Part shown: piece by piece, positions 57,855 to 64,000 of the stretch
Numbering within the stretch: position 1 is the first letter of the stretch
Layout: every line of letters begins with the position of its first letter
Assembly: GCA_963708025.1 (NCBI GenBank)
Contig: CAVPSB010000013.1
Location: 192,001 to 256,000 of the forward strand
Source: an uncultured Candidatus Rokubacteria bacterium
GTDB taxonomy: Bacteria; Methylomirabilota; Methylomirabilia; Rokubacteriales; DASRDR01
Direction of reading: 5' to 3'
DNA length: 64,000 nt
Translations under genes and position numbers: made by a program
The notes under the pieces: generated by a model
Databases searched by the model: none
What the model was told of the DNA's origin: nothing
Seen by the model: the letters and a program-made list of their open reading frames with translations, nothing else

Positions 57855-58024
57855 TTCGGGACCTCCCGCCCACCCGATCCTTCGGACGGCCTTCGGCCTT
57901 TGGCGACGGCCTTCGGCCTTTGGCCCCCCTCCCCCACTGTCCGACGGCCTTCGGCCTTTGGCCGGGGGGAGGGGGGGGCCGGAGGCACCCATGCCTTCGC
58001 CCCCAACAAGCCCGGGCCGCTCAC
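57851..58024 (-). other. 57-aa ORF spanning the repeat between permease and ATPase
   Basis: GTG overlaps the permease TGA; its TGA overlaps the in-frame CTG of the ATPase. Confidence 0.45.
57855..57986 (-). repeat. REP-like element family A with three GGCCGAAGGCC modules
   Basis: Closely similar to 27004-27135; TGAGCGG occurs at both 58023-58017 and 57853-57847. Confidence 0.85.
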
Positions 58025-58782
58025 ACGCGCCAGCGGCTCAGGTGGCGCTCCATCGGCCTCAGCCCCGCGCCCTCGATCAGCAGCACCGCGGTGGCGAACG
58101 CCAGCGTGTAGGCCAGGATGCTGGTGATGTCGAAGAACTGGAAGTAGGTGCCGAGCTGGAAGCCGATCCCGTTGCTGCGACCGAGCAGTTCCACCACGAG
58201 CACGATCTTCCAGATGAGGGCGAGGCCCGAGCGGGTCGCCGCCATGAGGTAAGGGTAGAGCTGGGGCAGATAGACGCGCAGGAACGTGCGCCCGGGGGGG
58301 ACGCGGAACACCCGGGCGACGTCCAGCAGCTCCCGGTCCACGGCCCGGGCCCCCTCCCGCACGCTCACCACCACGGTGGGGATCTTGTTGAGCGCCACCG
58401 CGGTCACCGCCGCCACCTCGCCCAGCCCGAACCAGATGTAGCAGAGGATGGCGGTGACGAGAGCCGGGATGTTGAGGCCCAGGATCAGGATCCCGTCCAG
58501 TCCGGCATCGACCCAGCGGTAGCGCCCCATCAGCACGCCGCACGCGGTTCCGATCGCCATGGCCAGGACGAAGCTGACCGCGACCCGGGCCAGCGTGACC
58601 CCCAGGTGGTAGAGGAGCTCCCCGTGGACGAGGTACCGCCACATGCTCGCCAGCACCACCGCCGGCGTCGGCAGGAACGGTCGGTGGACCAGCATGGCGG
58701 CCACCTGCCAGATGAGCAGGGTCCCCAGGAGCGAGAGGATCCGGACCCACGACTCGGTGGACTTCGCCGTCGCGGCGTTCAT
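58021..58782 (-). CDS. NitT/TauT-family ABC permease
   Basis: LPTP, TLARV, NIPALV, REGARA, KIVLVVELLGRSNG. Confidence 0.9.
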   Translation of the reverse strand: MNAATAKSTESWVRILSLLGTLLIWQVAAMLVHRPFLPTPAVVLASMWRYLVHGELLYHLGVTLARVAVSFVLAMAIGTACGVLMGRYRWVDAGLDGILILGLNIPALVTAILCYIWFGLGEVAAVTAVALNKIPTVVVSVREGARAVDRELLDVARVFRVPPGRTFLRVYLPQLYPYLMAATRSGLALIWKIVLVVELLGRSNGIGFQLGTYFQFFDITSILAYTLAFATAVLLIEGAGLRPMERHLSRWRV

Positions 58783-59804
58783 GGACCGATCGGAAAGCCG
58801 TCCCAGAAGGTTCCCGGGCTCAGGCTCCGGCTCGAGCCGACCAGCTCCTCGCCGCCCTCCCGGGCGAGGACGTCGAACACCCGACCGGCCGCCTCGACCT
58901 CCGCCGGTCCGAACCGGCGGGGCACGCCCTCGCGGAAGGCGTCGCGCAGGGCCTGCAGCCCGGGCGTGTCGCTGGCGCCGGTGAGCGGCCGGATGCGCTC
59001 CCACTCGGCGTCGGAGGTGAGCAGGATCCGCTTGGCCGCGTAGGCGGCCCGCAGGAACGCCGTCAGGGTCTTGCGGTTCTGGGCCGCCCAGCGCTCGTCG
59101 AAAACCCAGCCGAGCAGGGGCACCGCCTCCGGCACGCCGAGGCCGCGCAGGACCTCGGGGATGCCGATCAGCTCGCGCATGCCGGCCGCCTTGAGCTGGG
59201 CGCCGTACTGCCAGTAGTTCAGGACCGCGGGCAGATCGCCCCGCAGCATGAGCTCGTTCAGGAGCGGGGGGCCCCCGAAGCTCGGCTCGACCACCTTGGC
59301 CAGGTCCTCCCCGAGCACCCGGCGTCCGTAGGCCCGCAGGAGGAGCCAGCTCTTGTCCACGGGCCCCCCCGCGACACCGAGGCGCCGGCCGCGAAGGTCC
59401 GCCAGCTGCCGGATGGCGCTGTCGGGACGGACCATGATGCCGCCGACGGTGAGCGAGTAGGGAACGAAGGTGTAGGGTCGGCCCTGGGCGCGCTGCCGCG
59501 AGACCCAGATCCAGTCGGTCACGATGAGGTCCACCGCGCCGCCCTGCAGGGCGACGGACGTCGCGCCCGGCGAGGCCAGCGCGACCACCCGCGGCTCGAC
59601 GCCCTCGCGGGCCGCGAGGCCGTGGGTCTGCATGACGTCGAGCTCCCAGCTCACGGTCCCGAACTTCAGGACCCCGACCCGGACCGGCTGATCGCCCTGG
59701 GCGGCGGCCGGTCCCGGGGACAGGAGAGAGAGGCCCAGCAGGAAGGCGACGAGGAGGACGCCGGGTCTCGTTCCCGGTCGCGGGAAGGTCGTTTCGTCGG
59801 CCAC
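58779..59804 (-). CDS. pqqT: PqqT-like periplasmic PQQ-binding ABC protein
   Basis: LKFGTVSWE, VPYS, GVAGGPVDKSWLLLRA, GGPPLL, LNYW, PLLGW and GVPRR match my recollection of Methylorubrum PqqT. Confidence 0.72.
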   Translation of the reverse strand: MADETTFPRPGTRPGVLLVAFLLGLSLLSPGPAAAQGDQPVRVGVLKFGTVSWELDVMQTHGLAAREGVEPRVVALASPGATSVALQGGAVDLIVTDWIWVSRQRAQGRPYTFVPYSLTVGGIMVRPDSAIRQLADLRGRRLGVAGGPVDKSWLLLRAYGRRVLGEDLAKVVEPSFGGPPLLNELMLRGDLPAVLNYWQYGAQLKAAGMRELIGIPEVLRGLGVPEAVPLLGWVFDERWAAQNRKTLTAFLRAAYAAKRILLTSDAEWERIRPLTGASDTPGLQALRDAFREGVPRRFGPAEVEAAGRVFDVLAREGGEELVGSSRSLSPGTFWDGFPIGP

Positions 59805-60023
59805 TGGGCTCCCCCTCGAGTCAACAGCCGATTCGCGCACGCCGGAGCCACGTCCTGGCGCGCCTCGACAGCGACGCCGGCCGGCCGGCCGACAGGGACA
59901 GGGACGTCATCATCTTACATCCCCCGTTCCGGATCGGACCAGGGCCCGGGCAACGGCGGGCATCGAAACCCGATTCGCGAACATCGCACGCCGGTCAGGG
60001 TCCGGCCGGTCGTTCCATTCCGC

Positions 60024-60114
60024 TCCCTCTCCCTTCCCGGGAGAGGGTTAGGGTGAGGGTCCATCGGGGCGGCTGGTCTCCCCCCTGACCCTCTCCCCCG
60101 GTGGGGGCGAGGGT
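60024..60114. repeat. Pair of inverted CCCTCACCCTAACCCTCTCCC-type REP-like elements
   Basis: CTCTCCC..GGGAGAGGGTTAGGGTGAGGG and CCCTGACCCTCTCCCCC..GGGGGCGAGGG. Confidence 0.7.
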
Positions 60115-60285
60115 AAAGAGGGGATCTGCAGGTCGTTGGATCGGCGGAGATCGCCGGAGAACGGACCCCTTACACGCTCATCGACGGCGACCCGGCCCGG
60201 GGTCGAGGCGTGGGATTTCTCTCGAAAGCGGAACGGGCGGGTCGGCTCGCGTCCGACCCGCCCGTCACCGACCGGCGCCGGCCGT

Positions 60286-60630
60286 TCAGGCCGCCGACTG
60301 GCTCAGCACCGGCTGCGCCACCTGGAGCCGCCGGAACACGTCGTTCAGCGGCTTCTGGACCTGGCTGACGTGCTCGATGACCTCCCGCAGCGCCTCCGCC
60401 ATCGCGGCGTGCTCACCGCGGAAGAACTGCGTCTCGCTCTGGAGATCCGCGACCTCCTTGCGCAGCTCGCCGATCTCCTGGCGGAGTCGCGCGCACTCCT
60501 GCTCGGCGGACTCGAGCTTGCCCCGGAGCCGCTCCCGGTCATCGAGGATGCCCGGGATCATCCGGCCGATCAGGTACTGGCTCTCCTCGATCCATCGGTC
60601 CACCCGCTGTCGGTCCTCCAGCCCTTCCAT
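60286..60630 (-). CDS. Hypothetical coiled-coil protein; the frame stays open upstream through a YLVIVAR..VFVDRRR domain
   Basis: GGGAGG RBS before ATG 60630; heptad pattern LRGKLESAEQECARLRQEIGELRKEVADLQSE. Confidence 0.65.
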   Translation of the reverse strand: MEGLEDRQRVDRWIEESQYLIGRMIPGILDDRERLRGKLESAEQECARLRQEIGELRKEVADLQSETQFFRGEHAAMAEALREVIEHVSQVQKPLNDVFRRLQVAQPVLSQSAA

Positions 60631-61188
60631 GGAGCGCCTCCCTTGGCCCGTAGGCCTCCACCTGCTGTTGGCGGATCGCGGGGCCCGCGTGGACCCCTCC
60701 TCTGAACTGGCCTCGACGATCCAGCAGAAGCGTCGATCGCGGCCCGGCCCCACCGGGCGCCGGCGCTCCTCCGCCTCCGGCCCGCGGGGCGGGCCCGATC
60801 CGAGGCGTGCCCTCCGGCGGCGGTCAACGAACACGCGAACCGCCGCGTCGCCGGCGAATTGCCGGCGCAGATGCTGCCAGAGGGCGACTTCCTCACGCGC
60901 TACGATGACCAGGTAGCGGGCGGGACGAGTCTCGGCCTCCGCCGTGCCGTCGGCGTCGGAGACCGGGGGAGGGGTCGGGTCGGGCCGCGCGGCCGACCGG
61001 TAGGGGACGATGAAACCGGCGAGGAACGGCAACCAGAGAGGCGACCAGAAGGACGGACCTCCAACGGCCAATCGCACCGCGTGGTGACTCGACCCCGAAG
61101 ACACCACCAACTCCGCCCGACCTGCCTTCCCACCATTAGGGGTGATGCGTGGTTACGCTTACGTGTCCCTACCCGCTCGTCCGGGCAG

Positions 61189-61236
61189 GGCCCATATATC
61201 GCGGGGACGGGCTCTTCTTCGCACAACATATTGTGG
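61189..61236. promoter_or_regulatory. Tandem NrdR-box-like sites
   Basis: GCACAACATATTGTGG (61221-61236) and GGCCCATATATCGCGG (61189-61204), offset by 32 bp; TTGACA on the minus strand at 61243-61238. Confidence 0.55.
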
Positions 61237-61363
61237 GTGTCAAGCGAAAAGATGATCGCCGGGCTCGGCCGCTCGACACGCCGACCGGATGAAGCGATCA
61301 CGCGGGCTCGGATGCCGTAGACTCGCGAGCGTGCCGGCGAGAGACCCTGTCGAGTCGCCGTCG

Positions 61364-63760
61364 ATGGGACCCGTGGCCGCGGGCGCCGGGGTCTTCGCGG
61401 TGTCGGCGGCCACGTTGATGTACGAGATCCTCTTGACGCGGATCTTCAGCGTCACGATGTGGTACCACTTCGCCTTTCTCGCCGTCGCCGCCGCGCTCCT
61501 CGGCATGACGGCCGGCGCTCTCCTGGTCCAGTCACGACCCGCAACCTTTCACCCCGCCGCGACCGCCGGCTGGCTCGCGGTCAGCGCGCTCGCGTTCGCC
61601 ATCGGGATCCCGATCACCTTTCTCCTGCATCTGGCCATCCCGTTCGCGCCGACCCTCACCTTCCCCGGCATCGCCTCGGTCCTCGTCACGTTCGGCCTCG
61701 TCTCCATCCCGTTCCTGTTCGGCGGCGTCACCATCTGCCTGGCCCTCACCCGGCTCGACGCCCCGGTCGGCACGATCTACGCCGCCGACCTCGCCGGCGC
61801 CGCCGCCGGCTGCCTGCTGACGGTGGTCGTGCTGCGGGTCGCGGACGCGCCGGCCGCCGTGTTCGCGGTGGCCGCGGTGGCCGCGCTGGGGGCGGCGATC
61901 TTCGCCGCCGCCGCCCGGCGCCGGCGCCTGGCCGTCGCCGCCGCGCTGGTGGTGGCCCTGGCCCTGCTGGTCGTCGGCGCCCGGCCCGGCTGGCTGCACA
62001 TCACCTGGGTCAAGGGCGGGATCGAGGCCGGGCCGACGCTCCACGAGCGCTGGAACAGCTACTCCCGCATCCGGATCAGCGGAGACCCTACGGTCGCCTC
62101 CCCGCCGTTCGGCTGGGGTCTGAGCCTGCGATACCCCGCGGGCCATCGGGTCCCCCAGCTCCTCCTGTCGATCGACGCCGTCGCCGACACCGTGCTCACG
62201 GGCTTCGACGGCAACCTCGAGCAGATCGAGCACCTCCGCTGGGACGTCACCAACTTCGCCCACGAGCTGCGGCGCGACGCCCGGGTGCTGGTCGTCGGCG
62301 CCGGCGGCGGACGCGATGTGCTCTCCGCGCTCGCCTTCGGCCAGCGCCAGGTGCTGGCGGTAGAGGTGAACGAGGCGATCCTGGAGGCGGTCAACCGGCG
62401 CTTCGGCGACTATACCGGCCACCTGGACCGGCATCCCGCCGTCCGGTTCGTGAACGACGAGGCGCGCAGCCACGTGGCGCGGCTCGACGAGCGCTTCGAG
62501 GTGATCCAGCTCTCGTTCATCGACACCTTTGCGGCGAGCGCGGCCGGCGCCTACGTGCTCACCGAGCACGCGCTCTACACGGTGGAGGCCTGGCGGGTCT
62601 TCCTGGACCGCCTGGCGCCGGCCGGCATCCTGACCCACTCCCGCTGGTACTTCCACCGGGCGCCCGCCGAGATCCACCGGCTCGTCGCGCTCGCCACCGC
62701 GTCCCTGCTCGACTCGGGCGTCGCCCGCCCGCGCGAGCACCTCATCCTCGTGCGGGCGCCCGTCGGCGCCGACCCGCGGTACCGCGAGGCCATCGGGGTC
62801 GGCACGCTCCTGGTCGGCCAGCGCCCTTTCCTCGCCGACGACGTGGCCCTCGCCCGCGCCGCCGCCGCCCGGCTGGGGTTCGAGCTGGTGCTCGATCCCG
62901 CCGGCTCGACCGATCCCGTCCTGCAGGCCCTCACCGACCCCGAGAGCTTCGCCGCCGCGGTGGCGGCGTCTCCGCTCGACATCGCCGCGCCCACGGACGA
63001 CCGGCCGTTCTTCTTCCACATGGTGCCGCTAGGCCGCGCCCTCCGGCTGGCCCCGGTCGATCAGGGGAACGTCTCGTTCAACGCGGCGGCGGTGATCGTC
63101 CTGGTCGGCGCCCTCGGCGTGGTCGCTCTGGTGACCGGCGCCTGCTTCGCGCTTCCCCTCCTGCGCGGGCGGGCGGCCCCGGGCGAGGTCGCCGCGCGGG
63201 CGTGGCCCGGCGTCTTCTTCGCGGCCATCGGCCTCGGCTACATCCTGGTCGAGATCTCCCAGCTCCAGCGCTTGTCCGTCTTCCTCGGCCACCCGACGCA
63301 CGGGCTGGTGGTCGTGCTCTTCGCGCTCCTCCTCTCGAGCGGAGCCGGGAGCTTCGCGGTCCGGCGCCCGCCCGGCGCCCCCGGCTTGCTGGCCGGCGCG
63401 CGGCCGCTCGTCGCGCTGCCGGCCGTCCTCGCCCTCTTCGGCGCGGTGACGCCGGCCCTCGTCGCCCACGGGCGGGGGCTGCCGACGCCTTTCCGGATCC
63501 TGCTCGCGCTCGCCATCCTCACGCCCATCGGGTTCGCCATGGGGACCGCTTTCCCGCGGGGGCTCCAGCTCGCCACCCGTCGGACCAGCGTCGGGGCGCC
63601 GTGGCTCTGGGCGGTGAACGGCGCCGCCTCGGTGCTCGGCTCGCTGCTGGCGGTCGTGGTGTCCATCTCGGTCGGCGTGTCCGTGACGCTCTGGCTCGGG
63701 GTGGCCATGTACGTGGGGGCGGCGGCGCTCGGCCTCCGGATGGCGCGCGAGGGTCCGTGA
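61364..63760 (+). CDS. Multi-TM protein with a central spermidine-synthase-like SAM-binding domain (start uncertain)
   Basis: YEILLTRIFSV..WYHFAF, YAADLAGA, VLVVGAGGGRDV, VEVN, DEARS, LYTVEA, TDDRPFF, WLWAVNG. Confidence 0.82.
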   Translation: MGPVAAGAGVFAVSAATLMYEILLTRIFSVTMWYHFAFLAVAAALLGMTAGALLVQSRPATFHPAATAGWLAVSALAFAIGIPITFLLHLAIPFAPTLTFPGIASVLVTFGLVSIPFLFGGVTICLALTRLDAPVGTIYAADLAGAAAGCLLTVVVLRVADAPAAVFAVAAVAALGAAIFAAAARRRRLAVAAALVVALALLVVGARPGWLHITWVKGGIEAGPTLHERWNSYSRIRISGDPTVASPPFGWGLSLRYPAGHRVPQLLLSIDAVADTVLTGFDGNLEQIEHLRWDVTNFAHELRRDARVLVVGAGGGRDVLSALAFGQRQVLAVEVNEAILEAVNRRFGDYTGHLDRHPAVRFVNDEARSHVARLDERFEVIQLSFIDTFAASAAGAYVLTEHALYTVEAWRVFLDRLAPAGILTHSRWYFHRAPAEIHRLVALATASLLDSGVARPREHLILVRAPVGADPRYREAIGVGTLLVGQRPFLADDVALARAAAARLGFELVLDPAGSTDPVLQALTDPESFAAAVAASPLDIAAPTDDRPFFFHMVPLGRALRLAPVDQGNVSFNAAAVIVLVGALGVVALVTGACFALPLLRGRAAPGEVAARAWPGVFFAAIGLGYILVEISQLQRLSVFLGHPTHGLVVVLFALLLSSGAGSFAVRRPPGAPGLLAGARPLVALPAVLALFGAVTPALVAHGRGLPTPFRILLALAILTPIGFAMGTAFPRGLQLATRRTSVGAPWLWAVNGAASVLGSLLAVVVSISVGVSVTLWLGVAMYVGAAALGLRMAREGP

Positions 63761-64000
63761 CCCGGCGGGCGGCCGTCCGGGGAGTCTTGGCCCTGCTGCT
63801 GACCGTCGCGCGCACGGCGGCGGGCGCCACCCCGTGCGACCCGGGCGGCCCGGCCATCGACGTCCCGACGTTCCACGGCGACGCGCGCCGGCTCGGGTGG
63901 AACGCGGAGGAGCGGCATCTCGGCCCCGCCCGCGTCGGCGGCCCGGACTTCGGACCGCTCTGGTCCACGCCGCCGCTCGACGCCGTGACGCTCGACGGCC
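63757..64000 (+). CDS. 5' part of a secreted PQQ-repeat-like beta-propeller (runs off the window)
   Basis: GTG overlaps the upstream stop; signal peptide then DVPTFHGDARRLGWNAEERHL..FGPLWST. Confidence 0.6.
   Translation, partial: MTRRAAVRGVLALLLTVARTAAGATPCDPGGPAIDVPTFHGDARRLGWNAEERHLGPARVGGPDFGPLWSTPPLDAVTLDG

Noticed and set aside
57888-57961. Three copies of GACGGCCTTCGGCCTTTGG as a CRISPR array
   Set aside because: Units are short, spacing is irregular, the intervening DNA is itself repeat sequence, and no cas genes are present.
61100-61260. Replication origin or known riboswitch in the lower-GC intergenic region
   Set aside because: No TTATCCACA boxes and no riboswitch consensus I can recognise.

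Overview
This is a very GC-rich chromosomal window. Gene content and repeat style suggest Ca. Rokubacteria (Methylomirabilota), which is an inference. There is no CRISPR array, prophage or transposase. In order, the window holds: a Prim-Pol/LigC/ExoIII repair cluster, tRNA-Gly(CCC) with gene scraps downstream, a CCA-type nucleotidyltransferase, a DoeA/EutA-like catabolic operon, a KaiC-like ATPase/AlkZ-like operon, a second ATP-dependent ligase, lexA, a TatB with a C-terminal Zn domain, an HD-GYP/cyclase/receiver module, ctaG/tlpA/sthA, a divergent cbb3-type oxidase operon headed by an ECF-sigma/SoxZ-like chimera, a CoA-ligase/ACAD/UbiD/ABC operon, a sugar ABC with an ArgH-like lyase, TctC, a liv-type ABC, and a locus joining a PqqT-like PQQ ABC to a Lut/Ped-like ABC, a two-component system, a Cys-less cupredoxin and an outer-membrane barrel. 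The most notable signals are: (1) modular REP-like repeats inside operons, spanned by short ORFs overlapping both the upstream stop and the downstream start; (2) the PQQ plus lanthanide-type uptake locus; (3) a candidate LexA operator CTCAAC-N4-GTTGAG; (4) tandem NrdR-like boxes not followed by nrd genes. Scattered single-base frameshifts look like long-read errors. All protein calls come from motif recognition by eye, with no searches run.
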